In this document: one piece after another, positions 52,701-64,000 of the stretch
How the letters are laid out: each line of letters opens with the position of its first letter
How positions within the stretch are numbered: position 1 is the first letter of the stretch
NCBI RefSeq assembly: GCF_006345805.1
Contig: NC_043009.1
Span: forward strand, 806,001 to 870,000
From: Octopus sinensis
Lineage: Eukaryota
Length of the DNA: 64,000 nucleotides
Reading direction: 5' to 3'
Made by a program: the position numbers and the translations under genes
Notes under the pieces: generated by a model
The model's input: only the letters and a program-made list of their open reading frames with translations
Database searches by the model: none
Told to the model about the DNA's origin: nothing

Positions 52701-55700
52701 AGCTCATGGTTCCATAATAAATTGACCCTTTTGATACCACTTAAGACAGCTCATGGTTCCATAATAAATTGATTCTTTTGATACCACTTAAGACAGCTCA
52801 TGGTTCCATAATAGATTGACCCTTTTGATACCACTTAAGACAGCTCATGGTTCCATAATAAATTGACCCTTTTGACACCACTAAAGACAGCTCATGGTTC
52901 CATAAGAAATTGACCCTTTTGATACCACTTAAGACAGCCCATGGTTCCATAATAAATTGACCCTTTTGATACCACTTAAGACAGCTCATGGTTCCATAAT
53001 AAATTGACCCTTTTGATACCACTTAAGACAGCCCATGGTTCGATAATAAATTGACCCTTTTGACACCACTTAAGACAGCCCATGGTTCCAAAATAAATTG
53101 ACCCTTTTGACACCACTTAAGACAGCCCATGGTTCCATAAGAAATTGACCCTTTTGATACCACTTAAGACAGCCCATGGTTCCATAATAAATTGACCCTT
53201 TTGATACCACTTAAAAATGCCCATAGTTCGATAATAAATTGACCCTTTTGACACCACTTAAGACAGCCCATGGTTCCATAATAAATTGACCCTTTTGATA
53301 CCACTTAAAAACGCCCATAGTTCGATAATATACTGACCCTTTTGACACCACTTAAGACTGCCCATGGTTCCATAATAAATTGACCCTTTTGATACCAATT
53401 AAGACTGCCCATGGTTCCATAATAAATTGACCCTTTTGATACCACTTAAGACATCTCATGTTTCCATAATAAATTGACCCTTTTGATACGACTTAAGACA
53501 GCTCATGATTCCATAATAAACTGACCCTTCTGATACCACTTAAGACAGCCCATGGTTCCATAATAAATTGACCCTTTTGATACCACTTAAGACAGCTCAT
53601 GGTTCCATAATAAATTGACCCTTTTGATACCACTTAAGACAGCTCATGGTTCCATAATAAATTGACCCTTTTTACACCACTTAAGACAGCCCATGGTTCC
53701 ATAATAAATTGACCCTTCTGATACCACGTAAGACAGCTCATGGTTCCATAATAAATTGACCCTTTTGATACCACTTAAGACAGCTCATGGTTCCATAATA
53801 AATTGATTCTTTTGATACCACTTAAGACAGCTCATGGTTCCATAATAGATGACGCTTTTGATACCACTTAAGACAGCTCATGGTTCCATAATAAATTGAC
53901 CCTTTTGACACCACTAAAGACAGCTCATGGTTCCATAAGAAGATTGACCCTTTTGATACCACTTAAGACAGCCCATGGTTCCATAATAATTGACCCTTTT
54001 GATACCACTTAAGACAGCTCATGGTTCCATAATAAATTGACCCTTTTGATACCACTTAAGACAGCCCATGGTTCCAAAATAAATTGACCCTTTTGACACC
54101 ACTTAAGACAGCCCATGGTTCCATAAGAAATTGACCCTTTTGATACCACTTAAGACAGCCCATGGTTCCATAATAAATTGACCCTTTGATACCACTTAAA
54201 AATGCCCAGAGTTCGATAATAAATGACCCTTTTGACACCACTTAAGACAGCCCATGGTTCCATAATAAATGACCCTTTTGATACCACTTAAAAACGCCCA
54301 TAGTTCGATAATAACTGACCCTTTTGACACCACTTAAGACTGCCCATGGTTCCATAATAAATTGACCCTTTTGATACCAATTAAGACTGCCCATGGTTCC
54401 ATAATAAATTGACCCTTTGATACCACTTAAGACATCTCATGTTTCCATAATAATTGACCCTTTGATACCACTTAAGACAGCCCATGGTTCCATAATAAAT
54501 TGACCCTTTTGATACCACTTAAGACAGCCCATGTTTCCATAATAAATTGACCCTTTTGATACCACTTAGACAGCCCATGTTTTCATAATAAATTGACCTT
54601 TTGACACCACTTAAGACAGCTCATGGTTCCATAATAAATTGACCCTTTTGATACCACTTAAGACAGCCCATGTTTCCATAATAATTTGACCCTTTTGATA
54701 CCACTTAAGACAGCCATGGTTCCATAAGAAATTACCTTTTGACACCACTTAAGACAGCCATGGTTCCATAATAAATTGACCCTTTTGATACCACTTAAGG
54801 ACAGCCCATGGTTCCATAATAAATTGACCCTTTTGATACCACTTAAGACAGCCCATGGTTCCATAATAAATTGACCCTTTTGATACCACTAAGACAGCCC
54901 ATGGTTCCATAATAAATTGACCCTTTTGATACCACTTAAGAAGGCCCATGGTTCTATAATAAATGACCCTTTTGATACCACTTAAGACAGCTCATGGTTC
55001 CATAATAAATTGACCCTTTTCATACCACTTAAGAAAGCTCATGGTTCCATAATAAATTGACCCTTTTGATACCACTTAAGACAGCCCATGGTTCCATAAT
55101 AAATTGAACCTTTTGATACAACTTAAGACAGCTCATGGTTCCATAAGGAATTGACCCTTTTGATACCACTTTAGACAGCCCATGGTTCCATAATAAATTG
55201 ACCCTTTTGATACCACTTAAGACAGCTCATTGTTCCATAATAAATTGACCCTTTTGACACCACTTAAGACAGCCCATGGTTCCGTAATAAATTGACCCTT
55301 TTGACACCACTTAAGACAGCCCATGTTTCCGTAATAAATTGACCCTTTTGATACCACTTAAGACAGCCCATGTTTCCATAATAAATTGACCCTTTTGATA
55401 CCACTTAAGACAGCCCATGTTTCCATAATAAATTGACCCTTTTGATACCACTTAAGACAGCCCATGGTTCCATAATAAATTGACCCTTTTGACACCACTT
55501 AAGACTGCCCATGGTTCCATAATAAATTGACCCTTTTGATACCACTTAAGACAGCCCATGGTTCCATAATAAATTGACCCTTTTGATACCACTTAAGACA
55601 GCCCATGGTTCCATAATAAATTGACCCTTTTGATACCACTTAAGACAGCCCATGGTTCCATAATAAATTGACCCTTTTGATACCACTTAAGACAGCCCAT

Positions 55701-56466
55701 GGTTCCATAATAAATTGACCCTTTTGATACCACTTAAGACAGCCCATGGTTCCATAATAAATTGACCCTTTTGATACCACTTAAGACAGCCCATGTTTCC
55801 ATAATAAATTGACCCTTTTGATACCACTTAAGACAGCCCATGGTTCCATAATAAATTGACCCTTTTGACACCCCTTAAGATAGCCCATGGTTCCATAATA
55901 AATTGACCCTTTTGATACCCCTTAAGACAGCCCATGGTTCCATAATAAATTGACCCTTTTGATACCACTTAAGAAAGCTCATGGTTTCATAATAAATTGA
56001 CCCTTTTGATACCACTAAAGACAGCCCATGTTTCCATAATAAATTGACCCTTTTGATACAACTTAAGACAGCTCATGGTTCCATAAGAAATTGACCCTTT
56101 TGATACCACTTAAGACAGCCCATGGTTCCATAATAAATTGACCCTTTTGATACCACTTAAGACAGCTCATGGTTCCATAATAAATTGACCCTTTTGATAC
56201 CACTTAAGAAAGCTCATGGTTCCATACTAAATTGACCCTTTTGATACCACTTAAGACAACCCATGGTTCCATACTAAATTGACCCTTTTGATACCACTTA
56301 AGACAGCCCATGGTTCCATAAGAAATTGACCCTTTTGATATCACTTAAGACAGCCCATGGTTCCATAATAAATTGACCCTTTTGATACCACTTAAGACAG
56401 CCCATGGTTCCATAATAAATTGACCCTTTTGATACCACTTAAGACAGCTCATGGTTCCATAATAAA
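34758..56466. repeat. Giant intronic tandem array, 47-bp unit GATACCACTTAAGACAGC(C/T)CATGGTTCCATAATAAATTGACCCTTTT, ~460 copies
   Basis: Period read directly (unit starts at 34773, 34820, ...). Uninterrupted head-to-tail copies with point variants and no unique spacers. Confidence 0.99.
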
Positions 56467-56536
56467 AATTTTCTGCATGAAAGCAATATAAATTAAACCT
56501 TCCATCAAATTCGGGTTTTAAATCCCAGCTTAATAA

Positions 56537-56917
56537 TCCTTTCTACAAGGCCTGGATTTTCTGGGGAGGGGGACAGTCGTTCACATAGACTCAAATGGTA
56601 CTTCATTTATCAACCCTGAAAAGATGAAAGACAAAGACAATCGCAGTGGAATTTGAACTCAGAACATAGCAATGAGTGAAATCCCTATTTCTTTACTACC
56701 CACAAGGGGCCAAACACAGAAAGGACAAACAAGGACAGAAAACAAATTAAGTCGATTACATCAACCCCAGTGCGTAACTGGTACTTAATTTATTGACCTC
56801 GAAAGGATGAAAGGCAAAGTCGACCTCGGCAGAATTTGAACTCAGAACATAGCATTGGGTGAAATCCCGCTAAGCATTCCATCCAGTGGGCCAACAATGC
56901 TGGCATCTCGCTGCCTT
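56537..56917 (-). mobile_element. Nested/dimeric SINE family B with 15-bp TSD
   Basis: TSD ATCCCAGCTTAATAA at 56522-56536 and 56918-56932. Confidence 0.85.
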
Positions 56918-57682
56918 ATCCCAGCTTAATAACAGCTATTTTGCTATATTCTGACAGTTCCTCTCAGGAAAACTGGGATCAACACAGCAGTCAAACTTAT
57001 TTTCCATGATCACAATGGCTACATACACCAAATTTAGGGAGACTATATGGCCATTCAACCTCCTAGAAACAGGAGTCAAACATCCCTCAAATTATACCCA
57101 ACCATTCCGAAAAAAAGGAGTGAAAAGAATAATGTAGTCCTAGATATGTAATGCCCTAGAGGAAGACGTGATGGTCGTTGTTGGAATGCTTTGAATTATA
57201 GGTTTGATCAGTCAGGGTAGACTTGAGGCTAAACAACAACACCAAATATAGAACCAGTTAGTAAATGAATACCTTTCATTCTCAGCCACTCCCTGGCACA
57301 AAACCTTGGCAATTATCATCACCATCATAAGTTATTATCCACCTTGCATGCTGGAAGGTGGGTTGGACGGTTCGACAGGAGCTGGCCAAGTAGAAGTCTA
57401 CAACAGGCTACTACTGTGTCTGTTTTGGCAGGGTTTTTACGTCTGGATGCCCTTCCTAACACCAACCAATCAGCAGAGTGGGCTGAGTGTTTTTTACATG
57501 GCACTAGCACAGGCTAGATCAGTTTTAGCAGTTTTTACAGCTAGTTGCCCTTCCAAATGCCAACCACTTTACGGTGGCGTGTTTTAAGTGGCACCGACAC
57601 TGGCAGGGTCACCAAGTTACTTGCTAGACAAGGAATCTTTGAAAGGAGGGGGGCATCGGAAGAGATGAAATTTAATGTATTA

Positions 57683-58616
57683 CTAGCAGATGTACTTGGG
57701 ATTTAAATAGCATAGTTTGTATATATGGTACAGTTAAGATGATATGCGATACAAAGAAGTACAGCATTGACAGCAAAACATTTGTGGCATAAACGAAGGG
57801 CTACTAATTTGACTAAGTGACATGCTATGCATCTGTTTGGAAGATTCCAGGACCTAACCTTGTCATGTAAAAGTGGGTGGTGGAGTGGGTATGTGATCTT
57901 TGAATGCACTAAAAAGTGCTCAGTAGATATACTCTCCTTTGAGGCTGTCGGTGTTGCCGCTACCCCATGCTGAACAATCAGCAGACATAGGAACTACATC
58001 TGTGTGATAAATTCAGCCTGTGGGCACACTCAACACCACCACCACATGAGGGAAATCTACATGAAAGAAATGACATGGTAAGGAGGGGGGATTGACTAAA
58101 GCTATTAAAGCAGCATTCCTGGCCATGCAAATACTACACTGCTCATCGTTTTCCATTGCTCTTGCAGTAGCTGTACATGCAGCGTTTTGTAATTGTCTAA
58201 TTGAAGTCTCATGTAATGATTCATTTGCTCTCCTACCGCCATTTTTCGACCAATGGAGGATCTCTTCTTTGGAGATGCTATGTCAAGAAATATGATGTAA
58301 TAAACTAAGATGACAATTGTACGTTAATAATGAAATGTCAATAAAAAAATGTAAATAGTATCAATATCTTAGCAAATTTTAACAAAAGTTACTTTGCAAA
58401 GAGTTACATCCCTTTTCCACAGTGGTCGTACTTACCCCAGGAAAAAGGGTTTTTTCTGGCCCCAGAGGCCCCATTACTCATTATGTGAAGAATTTTAGGA
58501 GTCTAAAACCATCTGTAGAACAGAAGTAATGTATGTTCCCAGTTTAAAGAAAATCAGTTGTGAACTTCAGAAGTTATGCAGGTATACACACACACACACA
58601 CACACACATATATAGA
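57683..58616 (-). mobile_element. Decayed Helitron with Rep N-terminal remnant
   Basis: Minus A|TCTATATATG start and CTAG|T end; 58281-58094 reads ASPKKRSSIGRK / RRANESLHETSIRQLQNAACTATARAMENDEQ, similar to the basic/STPR-like N-termini of Helitron RepHel proteins. Confidence 0.55.
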
Positions 58617-59102
58617 TAGCATTATGCCATTGTATGATGTAATTACATTAACTTAGTACACAAAGATCTACACAAACAGTATTTCTAAACTTTCTTAATC
58701 TCAATTCCCCTTTCAAAGTATGGCATTTTACAAATGCCTTTCCACACGTTTTGTTTTTGTTTTTTTTTTTTTGTTTATTTGCTTTTGTGAGGAAAAAAGA
58801 CTATTTTAATCAACCTAGAGCTGATTTTGCACAGTGATATATTATTCATGATTTCTTATCCCACCCAGCATGTGTCTTTTTTTAGTTATTTCTATGGACT
58901 AGAAACCATCTATATTAGATTTCTTAATGGAAATTACTTAAGAAAGCAAGGACTTAGACAACAAATTTACACTGGGTTCTGCTACAACATTAGTCATATT
59001 TTTTGTTCACTGATAACCTAACACAATATTCTATTCATATTTTAATCCTAACAAAGATTTTTTTTGTCAGAATTAATAAATGAATAGGATATTCACATAG
59101 TG

Positions 59103-59619
59103 CAGAAGTTCTCAACCATTTTTTATTCATGGACCCTTCTGATTATTATTCTGTTCTAGTGGTCTCCCATAACCATTCAATGATTAAAAACTAGTTTTAT
59201 AGAAACTTCTTTCAAAATTCCCTGTTTTGTTTATCATATATTAACTTGTGTAGGCTAAACTATATATAAAACATGGTTCTCAACAATTTTTTATCTATGG
59301 ACCCCTTTAATTACTATTTTATTCTAGCAGACCCCCATAGCCATTTCATGATTAAAAACTAGTTCTATAGAAATTTCTTTCAAAATTCCTATTTTGTTTT
59401 TCACCCATTAACTTGGGTCGGTTGATTTATGTTAAATGTTAGAGAAAGAAACCTGGCCGTTTCTTGCAATCAATACTAATACATACATCGAAAGCTAAGT
59501 TTTTTCAAGGGCCCTTAAAATACTATTGTGGGTATCCAATTTACAATTTTATTATGTGGAGTCCCAAATATCGTATCTGGACCCTCAGGGGCTATGTGGA
59601 CCCTGGTTGAGAATCACAG
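59103..59619. mobile_element. hAT (Charlie-like) MITE with duplicated 5' ~168 bp
   Basis: CAGAAGTTCTCAAC...GTTGAGAATCACAG; TSD ACATAGTG/ATATAGTG; second left end CATGGTTCTCAAC at 59271. Confidence 0.75.
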
Positions 59620-59659
59620 ATATAGTGAACAGTAGTGTTGCAAATATAACTATTATATA

Positions 59660-60506
59660 TGAGAAGACCAGGCAGGACAAGTGAGCCCAGCCCACTTATG
59701 AATGCCTTTCCTCCCTTGGACACAAAGACCGGTTGAGGCAAGCGAAGTCGATATAGAACCACATCTGACGACAGACACCCATGCCAACCCCCCATGCTTG
59801 CGAAGACATGTTGGGGCAAGCGAAATCGAAATCAAAACCGAATTGAACCAGCCAGGATCCCTGGCCTGGTGGTACGTAAAAAGCACTATCCGACTCGTGG
59901 CCGTGGCACGTAAAATACTCCAATGCGACCGTACGACAGGCACCCATGCCAACCCCCTTTGCTTGTGAAGACATGTTGGGGCAAGCGAAATCGAAATCGA
60001 ATTGAACCAGCCAGGATCCCTGGTCTGGTGGTACGTAAAAAGCACTATCCGACTCGTGGCCGTGGCACGTAAAATACTCCAATGCGACCGTACGACAGGC
60101 ACCCATGCCAACCCCCTTGCTTGTGAAGACATGTTGGGGCAAGCGAAATCGAAATCGAATTGAACCAGCCAGGATCCCTGGTCTGGTGGTACGTAAAAAG
60201 CACTATCCGACTCGTGGCCGATGCCAGCACCGCCTCGACTGGCTTCCATGCCGGTGGCACATAAAATACACCAATCTGACCGTGGCCGTTGCCAGCCCCG
60301 CCTGGCACCTGTGCAGGTGGCACGTAAAAAGCACCCACTACACTCACGGAGTGGTTGGCGTTAGGAAGGGCATCCAGCTGTAGAAACATTGCCAGATTAG
60401 ACTGGAGCCTGGTGCAGCCTTCTGGCTTCCCAGAACCCCGGTCGAACCGTCCAACCCATGCTAGCATGGAGAACGGACGTTAAACGACGATGATGATGAT
60501 GATGAT
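59660..60506 (+). mobile_element. RTE 3'-UTR/tail element with internal ~160-bp tandem triplication
   Basis: Collinear with the RTE 3' end at 14355-14769; repeat units start at 59776, 59941 and 60100; ends in (GAT)n. Confidence 0.85.
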
Positions 60507-62984
60507 ACCTGGTTCAAATAATTTATTTCTAAGGTAAAAAAAGAAAGAAAAAAACAACACTCTCTCTAACTATTCAGCACCTCTACACCTGATACAGCAA
60601 CCCCCCCACCACCACCAACTTAGCACCAGCACACCCAACATAGCAACCCCTTGTGAGCTCACAAACTCTGCTCCTCCAAAGGAGCACTATTACCCAGACC
60701 AAATCCGCTGCACAACAATAATTTCACTTTTAACAATCCAACCTTTCCCTCTCATGTTACTACTAACACCCAACAGCCATCAGTGGAATTTTGCATTAAG
60801 TACACCACACAACCACTCGGAACTTTTTTTTTTTTTTGGAATTTTCAGAAATATTTTGCAAATCTGTATTCTACATACAGGAAATCATATGATTATGCAA
60901 AAACTGAAAAAAATTTTTTTATGTAATTTAAGGGCTATTTAGCTGTTATTTTTAACACATCTCACAACCACCTGATACTTTGCTTTCTTTGTCACTTTGA
61001 GTTATTGATGTTTTTCAATATCTTTCTCCCAATAAACACATTTAATAATCTTTAATAGGATTGAAAGCAAAAATTTCATACTGTCCATATTTTAAATTCT
61101 GATTTGAAAAAAAAAAAATCAATATATATTTTTAAATTCAAAAAATTAAAACAAAAACATTTTTTAAATAGTTATTTAAATTCCTGTGTGTAGAACACAA
61201 ACACAAAGATTTTCTGAAAATTCCAAAAAATAAAAAAGCTATGAGGGTTTATATGGCATGCTTAAAGCAAAATTCCATCAAACCATCTTTCTAAATAGCA
61301 GGAATTATAACAAACAAAAGAGAAGGCCCTTTATGTGAATTTTTGATTTACAGAAAATAGCAGCCAAATTACCTCAAACTCACACACTAACCATTTGTTC
61401 ATTCATGTGTTTGTTCAACGTCCCTTTTATTTTTCCATGCAAGTTAGGCTTAGATGGGAATTGATTTTCAGGGAAGATTTTAAATTTTACAACCAGATAC
61501 TCTTCAACACATCTTTCAAAGTGCACAGCAACCAGTCAAGTGAGACAAACGTTCTAAGTTCAAATTCCACTAAAGTCGACTTTGCCTTTCATCCAATCAG
61601 GAATCAATAAAATAAAACACCAGTCAAATATAGGAGAGGCAGGTTGATGTAATTAACTCACCCCTCTCTCTCAAAATTGCTGGCCTTGTGCCAAAATGTT
61701 GAATCAAGTATAAGACCAGTGCTTAAGAACACTAGAGTTTGTAGTGTATTTCTAGAGAGATAACAATAATTCATTTATTAGAAATAATTCAGTTCCCATG
61801 TTCTACTGTATTGGTTTGTTGAGTTTGCCCACAAGATTAATTTATAACACAGATGTAGAGATAAGATGCTAAATATAACAAAATTATTTTGGCCTTGTTT
61901 GTTCGGTTCTATGAAAGCAATGCAGAAACAGAAACTGTAGTGTGTTGGAATAAATGGCCTGCAGTATTTGGTTGTTGCTCCCTCTCTATCCTAAGTTCAA
62001 ACCTCACCAAACTGGACGACTGGCATTCTCTTTCGTTCTTCCACGGGGCTGAAACAAAGTTAGGTGGCAGTCACATACTGCAAGCAAGGTAAAGAAACAC
62101 ACCTATCCTCCCTGTCTAGGAATAAATAGCCTTGTACCAAATCTACTTCCATCATCATTTAATATCTGTTTTCCATGCTGGCATGGATTGGACAGTTTGA
62201 TAGGAGGTGGCCAGCCTGGGAGCTGCCCACACTCCATGTCAGTTTAGGTATGGTTTCTATGACTGGATGCCCTTCCTAACACCAACCACTATACAGAGAG
62301 TACTGGGTGCTTTCATGTGGCACCAGCATGGATGCTTTTTATGTGGCACTGGCTCTTTTACGTGACACCAGCACAGGTGCTCCTACATGACACTGATATA
62401 GGAGCTTTTTACATAGAACTGGCATGAATGTTTTTACTTTATATATCACATCCCATGCATTTCAAAAAACATGAAACAAATTGAAGAATGTAGTCCTAGC
62501 TATACTAGGCCTGTCTGAAAAAAAAATGTGACAGTCACATGTAGAATGTCTTGACCATAGGTCTATTCAATGAGAGCTGACCAGGAGTAGCTAAATAACA
62601 ATTAATCATCGTTTAGTTAAATTACTAATTATTACTAATATTTAACTTCTTAGGTGGAATGTGGGAGAGGGGCAGAGTTCGTTTATTTTCATTTTCCCAT
62701 TTCTTCAGACAATTTACTCTTTCTCCCCAATCATCATCATTGTCATAACAATAATAATGTCTACTTTTCCATATTTGCATGGGTTGGACAGAGTTTATTT
62801 GGGACAGACTTTCTACAGCCAGTTGCCCTTCCTGTTGCCAGCCACCACTTGTTCCCGAGCAAGGTAATATTCCACCCACCGTGGCCAGACATGTTCTTGC
62901 AGGAGACTGGAAATGAATGACACTTTTCGTATTACAGTGATACTCATTTACAAGTATGATGACAAGGAGACACAAACACACATG

Positions 62985-63876
62985 CAAGGTCTAATAAATA
63001 AGTATCCAAACTGTCGTCATAGTAACAAAGCTAAAGCATGCAGAGTGAAACCACTTAGCAAAAATTAACCTTGAAACCTGTTGTGCATGCGAACTAAGTT
63101 TTAATATTCTAGCTCACTTCCTCTGTTTACAGCAGTGCTTGGTAGGAAGGTGTGTAGTGTGTGATCGTCGCACTGACTATGACAGAAAAAGTTGTCATGG
63201 CGATACCTGCTCAGAGGCCTACACAAAGTTGCAGAAAGTGTATGGTGAGGAGTGTATGAGACGCACACAAGTGTACAAGTGGTTCAGACGTTTCCAAGAT
63301 GGCCGAAAATATGTCGATACTGACAAACGTTCTGGGAGACCCATAACCAGCAGAACTGAGAAAAGTATCACAGATGTGCATGAAACTGTGATGGGAAATC
63401 CTCAAATCACCATCCATAAGTTATCAGAGGATGTGCAGATTAATTACAGTTCAGTTTAATCCATTATCACAGATTAGTGTACAAGATGCGTGTCTGCCAA
63501 GTTTGTACCAAAACTGCTTTCGGCTGACCAAAAAGGCACTCAAGTTTCAGTAGAACAAGATTTCCTTGATTCTGTCGAGAATGATGAAAAGTTTTTGAAA
63601 ACTTTGTGTAGGGCTCTGAGCAGGTATCGCCAAGCTTTTGGCAAAATTTGGTGCAGATTCTCTGCTCAACTTTCTCTGTCATAGTCAATGCTATGACCAC
63701 ACACTACACACCTTCCTTCATAGTACTGCTGTAAACAGTGAAAGTGAGCTAGAATGTTAAAACTTAGTGTCCATGCACTGCAGAGTTCAAGGTCAATCTG
63801 TGCCAAGTGGCTTCACTCTGTCTACTTTAGCTTCGTTACTATGGCAACAGTCTGGATACTTATTGATCAGACCACA
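62985..63876 (+). mobile_element. Fold-back mariner derivative (two inverted left ends flanking a transposase HTH fragment)
   Basis: ORFs 63139..63459 and 63490..63684 (VYGEECM..TQVYKWFRRF..RSGRP, SAKFVPKLL); 63599-63876 is the reverse complement of 62985-63230. Confidence 0.85.
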
Positions 63877-64000
63877 TACATATCATCATTTAATGCTGGC
63901 TTTCCTGCTACAAAGGCTTGGACAGTTTGATAGGATCTGATGAGCTACAGGACTGCATCAAACTCCAGTGCCAGCTTTCACATGGATTCTATGGCTGGAC

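Noticed and set aside
34758-56466. CRISPR-like array or repeat-protein gene (many MVSKGSIYYGTMG... ORFs, GFP-like start)
   Set aside because: There are no unique spacers and no cas genes. The ORFs are frame-cycling translations of a 47-bp unit with regular stops, and the MVSKG resemblance is coincidental.
59592-60467. Several 140-198 aa minus-strand ORFs
   Set aside because: Antisense translations of the triplicated RTE 3' UTR.
56467-64000. Next upstream SLC30A9 exon (expected to end near ...SEG, phase 1)
   Set aside because: A manual scan found no matching exon with a donor site. It probably lies beyond the window, although I could have missed a short divergent exon.

Overview
Eukaryotic, AT-rich, repeat-dense DNA. 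The SINE and RTE repertoire looks like a cephalopod (Octopus-type) genome, which is inference. The only host gene I can support is the 3' part of SLC30A9/ZnT9 (zinc transporter 9) on the minus strand: six GT-AG exons (34687-34616, 28406-28196, 27471-27409, 26841-26715, 18930-18817, 17089-17045) that splice in phase into about 210 aa ending ...[10 protein letters not shown] found no further upstream exon in the window. The preceding intron holds a ~21.7 kb tandem array of a 47-bp unit (34758-56466, ~460 copies) that appears to derive from a piggyBac-like terminus. The rest is transposon debris: a 5'-truncated RTE LINE with a PHD finger inside its RT region, mariner, maT, MULE and piggyBac transposase remnants, Helitron-like elements (including two inverted Helitron/piggyBac composites), hAT, Merlin-like and mariner MITEs with TSDs, two tRNA-derived SINE families, a tRNA-headed element with a degenerate hammerhead ribozyme, microsatellites and one 100-N gap. 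Nearly all ORFs in the supplied track are spurious. There is no prokaryotic system and no CRISPR array.
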